A stretch of 21,385 bases of DNA, taken from an archaeon. Its GTDB lineage: Archaea > Asgardarchaeota > Thorarchaeia > Thorarchaeales > Thorarchaeaceae. The DNA lies in assembly GCA_024275415.1 (NCBI GenBank), contig JAJRZD010000068.1:1-21385 (forward strand), given 5' to 3'. Below the pieces are notes generated by a model. It searched no databases. It was not told where the DNA came from and was given only the letters and a program-made list of their open reading frames with translations. Each line of letters opens with the position of its first letter. Position 1 is the first letter of the stretch. The position numbers and the translations under genes were made by a program. Shown piece after piece: positions 1 to 9,424 of the stretch.

Positions 1-2101
1 ATGTGTGACTGAGATTCATTGGTAGGGAATCACCAATCAAGAGGGATTTCGAATAGAGTGTATGCAATGTCCTCCATCGTGTGACTGTATGGTTATCGAC
101 AAGTAGATAATCTGCATCGAATTCTCTTGCTAAACCCAGTATCTCCCGCGTTGCATTACATTCTGGGAGGAATTTGCTGCTTAATGCCAGACTTGCTGTT
201 CTGCGATCCGTAATCCACGAGAATTCTCGTGCCCTGTCAACGATGAACACCGTTTCAGAATTGCCATAAGACGCTATCACACCTTGAAGGCCTTCCCATC
301 CATATCTTTTCTCTATTTGTACTAGCTCCAATCCAATTGGGTATGCCATATATCCCGGAACGAACAAAATGCCAACGACTAAAACCGTCATAATAGGCTT
401 CCAATTTCTTCTTAATACTGTCCCTCTCACATCACATTGGTTTCTAAATGATACTTCTCTCAACAGCACTTGGAAAAACGAACCAGTCGCGATAATCAGC
501 ATGAACGTGCTGAAGATAAAGAACCGCGAGTCCGAATAGATGTATTCCAATGTCAGAACATCCTTTCCAAATGATGCAAGTACCTTGAAAGTTCCTGCCG
601 CAACAATCAAGGCACATACAACCAGTACAAGTGAGGTTCTATCTCTCCCCTTCTTGAAGAAGACCACTACCAATATCGCCACCAGTGCCAATGAAATATG
701 AAAGGTGAAAAACACAAGAAAGCTCACTACTACTTTGGGATTCACAGGTGCTAGGATTGCAACCAGAATGTTTCCGCTCTCCGGGGTGATTGTCGAATTT
801 ATCAGGAATGAGGAGGTTATGACAGGCAGTCTCCAAGCAAGAATGCCTCCAACGCTCGAGTAGAATATTATCAGGAATTGCACCGAAGACGACCTATAAT
901 GCTTTACAATCAATGATAACATCATAATCCCTATCAGAGTGATCACAATAATATTAGAAAGCATAGCCCTCACAATAAACAATGACATGAATACTACAAA
1001 TGCAATCACAGTTCTACTGCTTTTGAAACCCCATTTGAGGCCAACTATTAATGGGAATATGAGGCATACTATGTAGAAGTTGACCACCCAAACCACGTCG
1101 GTCAATCCAAGAAGAAGCCCGATTACGATACCATACCTGACTTGTCCATTTTGCCTGATGTTATAGAGATGAATTGCCGATGCAACAAATAGCAGACTTG
1201 TAATCTCTGGACCGTATGCTACAACTGAGTGAAACACGAAAAGCGGATGAACTGCAATGATTCCTGCTATGACAATCGCAGACTGCCTTCCAAAGTAGTA
1301 TTCTGCAAGGTTAAAGCCCACTAGTATTACTGCCATGCCTATTACCACTAGAAGAAGATTAGGACCTGATCTCATGGGGTCAAGTAGCAACCAAGAAAGC
1401 GCAAATACATATGCAATTCCCTGATGTGCAATATAATCGACCCCATTCCGTAAGGGCACGACTGCGCCATCCCCTAGAATTGATGAACTGAACTCGCCTT
1501 GCATGATAGATCGCGCATAATCCGAATATAATGTTGCGTCTGGTGCAATTGAATCAGCCGAGGCTATTAATAGAAACACTCTTATACTCAAACCTAGCAA
1601 AAGGAAAACCACAACATTCTGATTAGGAACTGCAAATAGTTGTTTTAATGATTCCAGCTGGTTCGGTTTTAGGAATACTAAACCAAGAATGACAAAGATT
1701 GTTGTAGAAAGGAATACATACTCTGGAAGTGCAAGAGAAACTCCCGTAGACAATACGATTATGAACAGAACATGAACCTGAATGACGCCATAGACAAATC
1801 CAAAGAGTAGTGTGCTCCACAATCCCTTATTATTCTCTGAAAGGATTAAAGAACTTAGGATGATTCCCGGGCATAGCACAAGTACAAATGTGCCTGATAT
1901 TGCTTGAATGATTATAGAAATATACAATGATGTTGAATATGAAAAAAAGTATACAATCATCGTGACCGAGTACAGAATGAGGAGTTGGTAGAATGCATCC
2001 AGAGAACTGAATCGTGATGTGAGCGGAGCCAAAGGTGGTGTCCACCTAATTTCTTTGCTTTCAGAGCATTCAGAAATAGGAAATGTAGACTCACTGCCCA
2101 T
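1..2101 (-). CDS. Partial (>700 aa, runs off window start) polytopic membrane protein, GT-C-like (ArnT/PMT-type) glycosyltransferase
   Basis: Not in the ORF track; translated by hand. ATG at 2101 is preceded by GGTGA (SD), and the frame is open to base 1. It begins MGSESTFPISECSESKEIRWTPPLAP and has many hydrophobic helices. An acidic loop motif SIAPDATLYSDYARSIM resembles the first external loop of GT-C enzymes. The C-terminal part is more soluble (…FDADYLLVD…). Confidence 0.7.
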   Translation of the reverse strand, partial: MGSESTFPISECSESKEIRWTPPLAPLTSRFSSLDAFYQLLILYSVTMIVYFFSYSTSLYISIIIQAISGTFVLVLCPGIILSSLILSENNKGLWSTLLFGFVYGVIQVHVLFIIVLSTGVSLALPEYVFLSTTIFVILGLVFLKPNQLESLKQLFAVPNQNVVVFLLLGLSIRVFLLIASADSIAPDATLYSDYARSIMQGEFSSSILGDGAVVPLRNGVDYIAHQGIAYVFALSWLLLDPMRSGPNLLLVVIGMAVILVGFNLAEYYFGRQSAIVIAGIIAVHPLFVFHSVVAYGPEITSLLFVASAIHLYNIRQNGQVRYGIVIGLLLGLTDVVWVVNFYIVCLIFPLIVGLKWGFKSSRTVIAFVVFMSLFIVRAMLSNIIVITLIGIMMLSLIVKHYRSSSVQFLIIFYSSVGGILAWRLPVITSSFLINSTITPESGNILVAILAPVNPKVVVSFLVFFTFHISLALVAILVVVFFKKGRDRTSLVLVVCALIVAAGTFKVLASFGKDVLTLEYIYSDSRFFIFSTFMLIIATGSFFQVLLREVSFRNQCDVRGTVLRRNWKPIMTVLVVGILFVPGYMAYPIGLELVQIEKRYGWEGLQGVIASYGNSETVFIVDRAREFSWITDRRTASLALSSKFLPECNATREILGLAREFDADYLLVDNHTVTRWRTLHTLYSKSLLIGDSLPMNLSHT

Positions 2102-2306
2102 TGACTATCACCATCAGACATCTGACTCATGTTTATTGTTCACTTCTCTGATGTCATGTGCATGAAAAGACTTTCTAATCTTCCACTAATGAAGAAAGAT
2201 AATAGAAAACAGGGACACACTCCAATAGATTAAAGAATGTTACATATTACAAATCACAGTAGCTCCCAATATCATTTGAAGGAATTCGGGAAAGAAGGTG
2301 AATTGA

Positions 2307-3056
2307 GTGGGATCAGTGAAATATGGTGTTATCCCCGCAGCTGGTGTGGGCACCCGTATGGGCTATCTATCAAATGTGCTACCTAAGCCGCTCTTTCCGT
2401 TGTATGATCGCCCTGTGATTCACCATGTTGTTGATAATATGATACACATGGGTGTTGAGCAGATTTTTGTGATGACTTGGTACAGAAGCAGACAAATCAG
2501 AGAATACTTCGAATCGGTTGCAGGAGATCTTGATGCTGCTGTAGAGGTTGTTCAAATGAATGAACTTCCTCCGGGAATTGCGATGAGTATAAAGAATTCC
2601 GAGTCAATGGTCGATGATTCCTTCGTTGTGTTCCTTGGTGATGATGTCACTTTAGCTAATAACCTTCTATCAATGATTGAAATGTTTGAGCGCGCCAAAG
2701 CCGACGTTGTTGAAGCGGTCGTAAATGAGCCAAGCATCTCTGTTCTTCAAAGAACCTGCTGCGTGACTCTTGGAGATAATAACAAGATGATTCGCATCTA
2801 TGAGAAACCCAAAGTTCCGCAAACAACCTATCGAGGGTGTGGGGTCTATGTCTTTTCTCATTCTGTGTATGACGTTATAGAGAAAGCTAAGCCATCCTCT
2901 GTCCGAAATGAGGTTGAAATCACAGATGTTATCGATTCCATTGCCCAGACAGGGAGAGCGTATGGTGTACTTCTAGATGGTATGAATGTCAATATCAACA
3001 CGAGTGAGGATTTGTTAAACGCATGGAATATGTATCGTGAATGGAGAATGAGATGA
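2307..3056 (+). CDS. Sugar-phosphate nucleotidyltransferase (NTP_transferase family; RmlA/GalU/AglF-like), 249 aa
   Basis: Motifs GVIPAAGVGTRM…LPKPL, LGDD, EKP and RNEVEITD. GTG start with AGGTGA SD at 2296-2301. No hexapeptide C-terminal domain. Substrate cannot be assigned. Confidence 0.9.
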   Translation: MGSVKYGVIPAAGVGTRMGYLSNVLPKPLFPLYDRPVIHHVVDNMIHMGVEQIFVMTWYRSRQIREYFESVAGDLDAAVEVVQMNELPPGIAMSIKNSESMVDDSFVVFLGDDVTLANNLLSMIEMFERAKADVVEAVVNEPSISVLQRTCCVTLGDNNKMIRIYEKPKVPQTTYRGCGVYVFSHSVYDVIEKAKPSSVRNEVEITDVIDSIAQTGRAYGVLLDGMNVNINTSEDLLNAWNMYREWRMR

Positions 3057-4093
3057 TGAGTCAAGAAATACGATATCATAAAGTAAGTGTAATTCTCCTT
3101 AACTACAATGGAGAGAAATTAGCCCCACTATGGGAGTCCCTCTTCAACATTGACTATGATAACTATGAGATTATCTTCGTTGATAATGGGTCAATTGATG
3201 GCAGCTTGAATCATTTCAGGAAGCTTCAGGCAAAGTATTCTCATATCGATACCAAAGTAGTGAAGATTCCAAAGAATGTTGGCTACTCAAAGGCGAATAA
3301 TTATGGGAAACAAAGAGCTACTGGAAAGTATATCGTTCTCCTGTCCAATGATATAGAGGTTACACCTGATTGGATGAAGAACATGATCCAAGCTTTTGAA
3401 ATGCATCCAAAACTAGCAATCGCGCAAAGCAACTTACACTATCTATATGACCGAAAGATGCGTGACTACCAGTGCAACAATATCGATGTCCTAGGATTTT
3501 GCCACGTTGCACCACTAGAGGAAGAGGTCGAGGAAGTCTTCTACAGTGAGGGAGCTGTCATGTTTATTCGTCGTAGTGTCTTGAATGAGGTTGGGGGATT
3601 GTTCGACAAGGATAATTTCATGTTCGAAGAAGATATTGATTTATGCTGGCGTGTGCGACTGAGGGGATACAAAGTAGGCGTCGTTAAATCCTCGATAGCC
3701 TATCATGCTCGTGGTGGCACTGTTCCTGGTGTTGTGATGAAGACCGATCCTTTCTATGTTCATTTGACCACAAGGAATAAGATTGCAACCTATTTCAAGA
3801 ACTTTGGCACAAAGAATCTCATAAAGTACCTACCTCTCGTCATTAGCGTTGCATTTGCAAAGGGCTTATGGCTCATAGCAAAGGGGAAGTTGGATGGAGG
3901 ACTCGCAACCTTCAGGGGCGTGGGGGCTTTCTTAAAGAGATTAAGGAAAAACTTCAGCAAACGCATATTTCACCAATCACTTCGAAAGGTTCCTGACTCG
4001 GAAGCTCTCAACATGGTATTTCCAATTGGTTATGCTATTCTCGGTGGATTGCAAGCAATGACCAAGGTACGAAAAGAGTGGGTAAAGAAATAG
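3053..4093 (+). CDS. Family 2 glycosyltransferase (WbbL/rhamnosyltransferase-like subgroup)
   Basis: Motifs VSVILLNYNG, IIFVDNGSIDGS, NVGYSKANNYG, GAVMFIRR and FMFEEDIDLCWR. The likely start at 3053 forms an ATGA overlap with the upstream stop; the ORF track starts at 3041. Confidence 0.9.
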   Translation: MMSQEIRYHKVSVILLNYNGEKLAPLWESLFNIDYDNYEIIFVDNGSIDGSLNHFRKLQAKYSHIDTKVVKIPKNVGYSKANNYGKQRATGKYIVLLSNDIEVTPDWMKNMIQAFEMHPKLAIAQSNLHYLYDRKMRDYQCNNIDVLGFCHVAPLEEEVEEVFYSEGAVMFIRRSVLNEVGGLFDKDNFMFEEDIDLCWRVRLRGYKVGVVKSSIAYHARGGTVPGVVMKTDPFYVHLTTRNKIATYFKNFGTKNLIKYLPLVISVAFAKGLWLIAKGKLDGGLATFRGVGAFLKRLRKNFSKRIFHQSLRKVPDSEALNMVFPIGYAILGGLQAMTKVRKEWVKK

Positions 4094-4159
4094 ACCTGTT
4101 AGGTAGTACGAATACCTATATGCACATACTTAATTCACCATCGATTCGTTGCCATATTC

Positions 4160-5590
4160 ATGTCTGGAAACAATCTAGCCAAAGGAACACTTTATCTTGC
4201 GATATCCCAAATTGCAGTGGCATTATCTGGATATGCGATTCATATCTTTCTAGGTCGATTCTTGACTCCTGCTGAATATGGACTCTATGCTATTATTATC
4301 TCTGTGGCCACCATTCCGAACTTGGTGCTAGCTACCGGCGTCCCCCAAGCAGTATCTAAGTACATCTCAGAAGATTCAATGAACTCGCCATCGGTACGGG
4401 CACAGGGGATCAGACTTCAATTGATTCTAGGCAGTGTTGTATTCATCACCTATCTGTTAGCAAGCTATCCAATTGCCTATCTTCTAAATGATATGGCTCT
4501 CGTTCCTTATCTACAACTCTCAACGATAGTGATTCCTCTATACGCATTGTATGCGTTATATGTCATGATTTTGAATGGTGAGAAGCGATATCGTGAGCAA
4601 TCCTTCAATGTAATAGTCTTCTCTGCCACAAAGTCCTTACTTGTCATCTTTCTTGTATTGATTGGTTTCTCTGTTTCTGGAGCCGTCTTCGGTTTCTCGA
4701 TTTCTCCTCTAGTTGGACTTGTTCTAGGGGTTTTCTTGATTCGCCATATTCCCAAAACTGCAGATAGGTTCTCTGCTAAGAAACTGATTTCCTTTGCGAT
4801 TCCCGTCACCATCTTCTGGATTTCCTACCAGCTCATAATGAGTATCGATTTATTGGCTGTCAAAGCATTGTTACCAGATTCAGACGCGCAGGCAGGATAC
4901 TACTCCGCGGCTTCAATGATTTCACGAACTGCCTATTTTCTGGTTACAGCTATCTCCTATGCATTCTTCCCTGCAATATCTACAGCTAATCGTGCAAATG
5001 ATTACGGGACAGTGAAGCTATTTATCCGTGAGTCAAATCGTTATATTGTAATGATACTAACTCTCATGGTTGTTGGGGCGGCTTTCTATGGTACCGAGAT
5101 TGTTACATTCCTTTATGGAACCGCATACCTGAGTTCAGGTATCGTTCTTGGTATTCTGATGCTTGGAATGAGTTTTTTCTCCGTGTTCACGTATCTATTA
5201 TCAGTTCTATCTGCGGGAAGTAGACCGAGAATTGCCATGGTTCTAGGTGTCTTCACACTTGCGATTGATTTTATACTTAATATTCTTCTTGTACCTACAT
5301 ATGGGATAAATGGAGCTGCTTGGGCAACCACGATTGCCAGTGGAGTTGGCTTAGTTCTGTCCTCAACAGCAATTTTCTATGTCTTTGATTGCCTGATATC
5401 GCCTATATCAGTTACTAGAATAATCATTTCTGGGATTGTCACTTTTGGTGTAGTTCTCTTTTTACATCTAAATGTTTTTGGATTTATTATTGGAGGGACT
5501 CTTACCACCTTAATCTTTAGCGGATTGCTATTTATGACCCGAGAGTTGAATAATGATGACTTTGCACGTGTTCGGTCTTTCATCAAGTGA
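4160..5590 (+). CDS. Oligosaccharide flippase (Wzx/RfbX-like, MOP superfamily), 476 aa
   Basis: About 12-14 hydrophobic segments, with LGRFLTPAEYGLY, AGYYSAA and LVPTYGINGAAWAT. Lies in a GT cluster. Confidence 0.9.
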   Translation: MSGNNLAKGTLYLAISQIAVALSGYAIHIFLGRFLTPAEYGLYAIIISVATIPNLVLATGVPQAVSKYISEDSMNSPSVRAQGIRLQLILGSVVFITYLLASYPIAYLLNDMALVPYLQLSTIVIPLYALYALYVMILNGEKRYREQSFNVIVFSATKSLLVIFLVLIGFSVSGAVFGFSISPLVGLVLGVFLIRHIPKTADRFSAKKLISFAIPVTIFWISYQLIMSIDLLAVKALLPDSDAQAGYYSAASMISRTAYFLVTAISYAFFPAISTANRANDYGTVKLFIRESNRYIVMILTLMVVGAAFYGTEIVTFLYGTAYLSSGIVLGILMLGMSFFSVFTYLLSVLSAGSRPRIAMVLGVFTLAIDFILNILLVPTYGINGAAWATTIASGVGLVLSSTAIFYVFDCLISPISVTRIIISGIVTFGVVLFLHLNVFGFIIGGTLTTLIFSGLLFMTRELNNDDFARVRSFIK

Positions 5591-6683
5591 TAATGCGAGA
5601 AAAGACCGTGACATACTTTCCAGCGACTGAATGCCAGTTATAGTTTTGTTTAGTGAACTCTTGTGCCTGTTTACCAAATGCTTCTCGTAAGTTGGTATTG
5701 TCAATCAGATCTGTGATATTCTGCAAGAAACAATCAGCATCCTTTTCTTTGCACTGAAATCCGTTTTTCTTGTGTGCAATAGCTGTCGTTACACCGTCAG
5801 CATCTGAGGCAATCACTGGTAGTCCGAAGAAAGACGCCTCTACAGCAACCAATCCAAATCCCTCAAAATCGCCCTCTACATGTATATTTGGCATTACGAA
5901 TATATCTGCTCCAAGATACGCGTTATATAGGTCTTCATCATTGAGTTTTCCAAGTAGTCTGACATGGTTTTCTACTTTTACACGTTTGATCGCATTTTCA
6001 ATTTCATATCGAAACTCTCCATCTCCAATATGAACACAGATGACATCACAATTGTGTTCTACCACTTTTGGCATCACATTTTCTATGAACCAGTGGAATC
6101 CTTTTCGTTCAACCATTCTACCAACCATAAGAATAATCGTTGTGTTTTCTGATGCCCCAGTCAACTCCTCAAGACGACGTCTTGGTTCCCGAACTCCCAA
6201 CTCCGAGTTTGTCATGTATTTAAGTGCTTCTTCAGGCATGTGGATTCCGTTTGGCACAATATGTATCCGTGATGGCACTACACCTCGGCTGATACACTCG
6301 TATCTGGTGGCATGACTTACAGTGATGACTCCATCCATCATGGAGATCATAGTTGGAATCAGTGCTTGATAAAATGGATTCTTGTATGTGATATCAAGTC
6401 CATGAACTGTAATAATGACAGGTTTACGAAGGACGGCCTTTAGCACCACTCCAATTGGAGCGAGAAGGCCGTCTTGTAAATATACCATATCGTATTTTTT
6501 TGTCATGAGTCGATGAACTGCATTGAGAAGAAGATAGAGGTAACCCAGAAAAACCATCACATTATGCTTTGTCCATTTTACAAGAGTCACTTCAGCAATG
6601 TCGCAGAGCCCTTTGTACAGATAGTATGCCATACGTTCCATCCCCCCATTTAGTGGAGGAAACTTCCGTGTAACAAAAAGCAC
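5583..6683 (-). CDS. Family 4 glycosyltransferase (GT-B, retaining)
   Basis: Motifs LFVTRKFPP..GGME, ITVHGLD, IVPNGI, VGRMVERKGF and EGFGLVAVEASFFGLPVIASD. The true start may be ACG at 6707 (see findings). Overlaps the flippase 3' end by 8 nt, convergently. Confidence 0.92.
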   Translation of the reverse strand: MLFVTRKFPPLNGGMERMAYYLYKGLCDIAEVTLVKWTKHNVMVFLGYLYLLLNAVHRLMTKKYDMVYLQDGLLAPIGVVLKAVLRKPVIITVHGLDITYKNPFYQALIPTMISMMDGVITVSHATRYECISRGVVPSRIHIVPNGIHMPEEALKYMTNSELGVREPRRRLEELTGASENTTIILMVGRMVERKGFHWFIENVMPKVVEHNCDVICVHIGDGEFRYEIENAIKRVKVENHVRLLGKLNDEDLYNAYLGADIFVMPNIHVEGDFEGFGLVAVEASFFGLPVIASDADGVTTAIAHKKNGFQCKEKDADCFLQNITDLIDNTNLREAFGKQAQEFTKQNYNWHSVAGKYVTVFSRIIT

Positions 6684-6770
6684 TTTGACGCTCTTTTGTG
6701 ATTCCGTATAATTACCTCCTCTGCATCAGGTTTGGGATGCCTCTGCAGTATTCAACTTGTCTATTTCAAA

Positions 6771-6780
6771 CTTTTTATAT
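6771..6780 (-). promoter_or_regulatory. Candidate archaeal TATA box for the GT4 gene
   Basis: The minus strand reads ATATAAAAAG about 50 nt upstream of the AGGAGGT SD (6714-6720). Motif and position only. Confidence 0.4.
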
Positions 6781-6784
6781 TTAG

Positions 6785-7815
6785 GGCTCTGTAAAAAGTC
6801 GATGAGGTAACACAAGGATTAGTGACGAGACCGACAGGATCACATGATTCATGAACTACTACTCGTCATACGACGCAGCCAGGTCGCGTCATTTTCAGTT
6901 CTTGCTTGATGAACTTGTCAACCTTTAGCAATATGGTGCCCAAACGGATTTCTACCTTCGGACGGCCTCCTGACTTTCTCCTCCCAGCTCTCTGTGTCCT
7001 TCTTGTTCTCACGTTCGACTCAGGACTCAGCTACAGGATCTTTGTGGCGCAGCTTGCATTCAACCCCTCTCTCCTCCAACGACTTGGTCTTGAGAGACCT
7101 CCTTCTTATTCTATCCTCCAACAGGCACTGGAACGAGTGGATTCACAACTCTTTCATTGAATGATCCGACTTCTGGCTCGGAAGAAACCTCCTCCAAGGA
7201 ACATCGCAGTGGACTCTACCGAGTTCTCACACTCAACGGGAGGAGAGTGGATGTCCTTCAGGTTCAAAAGGACGTTACAACGGCGTTTCCATGCACCTCA
7301 CAACGTGATAGACACTGACACCCTGATGATACATGCATCCAGAGTATGTGCGCGACCTGCTGGCGATGCCAGGCACATGAGGGCTCTCGTGAGGAGAGTA
7401 CCAATTCCCTAGTTTGAGGTGGTCTACGGTGACAAGGCATATATCTCACGAAAGAACGTCCAGTCCATCTCTGACCTGGGAGCATATACAGATATCGAAC
7501 CGAAGAAGAATGCACGAGCCCGAGCATTGGGTCATCCGGCTTACAAACAGTTGGTCAAAGAGTACCGGTCGAGCCCTGAGAAATGGAAAGAGAGGTATCA
7601 GTATGGGAAGAGGAACCCTTGTGGAACAGTAATCCGGGGTACTGAAGCAGCGGATCAAGAGGTTCTACAGGAGGTGGTTTCGCAATGCGAGTATGGATCA
7701 AGTCTAGGAGTGGATGGAGTGTTTTGTCGCGATGTATCACCTCAAATGCTTCGCGGAGGGCTTATGTTGGCATCCTCGGTTATCTGACAACAAAACTGAT
7801 AAGGTGGTTATTTGA
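6785..7815 (+). mobile_element. Degenerate IS5-like insertion sequence (DDE transposase)
   Basis: The putative left end GGCTCTGTAAAAAGTC at 6785 resembles IS903/IS5-type termini. It encloses the transposase pseudogene and is higher in GC than its flanks in spot counts. No matching right IR or target duplication was found, so the boundaries are approximate. Confidence 0.7.
6851..7815 (+). pseudogene. IS5-like DDE transposase pseudogene (DDE_Tnp_1 type)
   Basis: Track ORFs 6906-7160, 7161-7412 and 7419-7787 share one frame. Motifs SYR…LGLERPPSYSIL, IAVDSTEF (D1), VYGDKAYIS (D2) and YGKR…VETV.GVLKQR (E, reconstructed across indels). Stops at 7158, 7410 and 7705, plus frameshifts near 6925 and 7615-7640. 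Confidence 0.88.
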
Positions 7816-7861
7816 ATTCGGAATCTGTCAAAACATCAAAAGGTAAAGATAGAATCTTTTC

Positions 7862-9424
7862 ATGAGGAAAAGGAGTGAATGTATGAAAATGGATGAAAAA
7901 GAGGAGGACGTTCCATTATCTATCATTGATAAAATTCGTTTCACTTGTCGCTCACCCTTCACCATTTTCTTAGCCATCTCCATTTTTTTGACATTCCTAG
8001 TAATCATGAATGGATTCCAAATCCATGCAGATGCAGCTCTCGAGTTTAGGAATGCTCGAAATCTTGTACTCTATGGAGTGATAGAGCCTGCCCCTCTGCT
8101 TCCCATTCTGCTTTATGCACTTCTCTTTCAGATATTTGGAATAAATTTGGCAATCATTCACTTCAGCCAAGCAATCTTTACAATCGGCGTAATGGGCATT
8201 ATCTACAAGTTTGCAGAGCAAGCGGGGGATAGCAGATATCATCTCCTACTTGCGATGCTTACAATATTTCTCTTGGCTCCCATTGCGTTTTTTGGTATTA
8301 TATCGGGGAAACAGTATCCAATGTTCATGTTCTTCGCCCTCATCTCCTACTATCTACTTCTCACGATGACTGAGAGCAATAACAATCGGTCGATTTTGCT
8401 AGCTGCACTCTTTATGGCCCTTGCGTACTTAACTCATGTTCTTGCAACATTTCTTGCCATCGTTCCATTAATCCTCTTCCTGTTCATGGCATTTAAAATA
8501 GAGAAAATCAAAGCGCTTAAGGATTTCCTCCTCTTCTATGTCACCTTTGTGACTACACTCTTCCCGTATCTTCTTTGGAGGTACCTGATTGATGGACTAT
8601 CATTCTACACTTACCCTAGCAACTGGTACACTCAAAGATATGGAGGAATCCTGAATCAGGTCTATTGGGGGATACCTGTACCTTTTTCATTCGAGTATTA
8701 TCTCCGATGGCTTACTATCATTAGCGGGACTCTAACACCAATTGGCATCGTCGCTTTATTTGTAGGGCTTTTCGAGCTTCGCAAGAGGAATGTTCTATAT
8801 CTGATCATGGGATGGATTATTGCATGTTTAATACCATTCATTTTGTCCATACTACCCACCTACGAGCATTATCTCTTCATGCTATTTCCAGTGATGGCTA
8901 TTCTGCTAGTTCGGGGCACCATACTTGTCCAGAAATATGCACAAAGAAATCGAATCCTGATTCTAGCAGTCATTATTTTGGTTATCTTGGCATTTAGCTT
9001 TGGAACGTTTCGGCTATTCAATGCTTCGTTTGCGTTAGGTCAAGGCAGGACGAATCTTGAAGCGGAAGCACTTCAGCATGCACAATGGATCGAACCTGAA
9101 GATGTCGTTCTAGCTCGTACCTATATTCTAAATGCATACATACCCTACTCTCATTTCATTACATTCGGCTTTGACCTCACCGAAGAAGAAACATTAACAT
9201 TCCTCAACTGGACGAGCGAGCTGTTGGTTCTTGATATTCTTGGAACCCATAACGTTTCATTCATTGTCATATACACTAATTACGAACGCGAAATAGCTAT
9301 TCATTCTTGGTTCACATCCTCATTCGGTTATCCGCCACGCCATGTACTAGGACTCAATTCCTCCTCTTTCATTCTAGTTTCGGTGGGGTCGACTTATAGT
9401 CTATATCAGGTGATAGAGCAATGA
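7862..9424 (+). CDS. GT-C-like polytopic membrane glycosyltransferase, paralog A (about 513-520 aa)
   Basis: About 11-13 TM helices, an early loop motif DAALEFRNAR, SGKQYP, and a soluble C-terminal domain. The start may be ATG 7883 after GGAGTGA. Clear paralog of 11041-12573. The GT-C call rests on topology and context. Confidence 0.65.
   Translation: MRKRSECMKMDEKEEDVPLSIIDKIRFTCRSPFTIFLAISIFLTFLVIMNGFQIHADAALEFRNARNLVLYGVIEPAPLLPILLYALLFQIFGINLAIIHFSQAIFTIGVMGIIYKFAEQAGDSRYHLLLAMLTIFLLAPIAFFGIISGKQYPMFMFFALISYYLLLTMTESNNNRSILLAALFMALAYLTHVLATFLAIVPLILFLFMAFKIEKIKALKDFLLFYVTFVTTLFPYLLWRYLIDGLSFYTYPSNWYTQRYGGILNQVYWGIPVPFSFEYYLRWLTIISGTLTPIGIVALFVGLFELRKRNVLYLIMGWIIACLIPFILSILPTYEHYLFMLFPVMAILLVRGTILVQKYAQRNRILILAVIILVILAFSFGTFRLFNASFALGQGRTNLEAEALQHAQWIEPEDVVLARTYILNAYIPYSHFITFGFDLTEEETLTFLNWTSELLVLDILGTHNVSFIVIYTNYEREIAIHSWFTSSFGYPPRHVLGLNSSSFILVSVGSTYSLYQVIEQ

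Noticed and set aside
639-2130. Short track ORFs at 639-836, 1623-1820 and 1830-2045, and a 57-codon ORF starting at 2130
   Set aside because: All overlap the long GT-C-like frame on the same strand in other frames and show no recognisable motifs.
2154-2198. Short palindromes TCATG-TG-CATGA and CTTTCT…AGAAAG in the divergent spacer
   Set aside because: Arms of 5-6 bp in AT-rich sequence are expected by chance and are not repeated elsewhere in the window.
7158-7412. In-frame TGA and TAG in the transposase as selenocysteine or pyrrolysine recoding or programmed readthrough
   Set aside because: The same gene also has several frameshifts and a further TAG. The stops fit simple C>T changes, so decay is the simpler explanation.
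7816-7860. Possible right inverted repeat of the IS5-like element (ATAGAATC vs the expected ACAGAGCC)
   Set aside because: Only 5 of 8 bases match, the flanking bases do not match, and no target duplication is visible.
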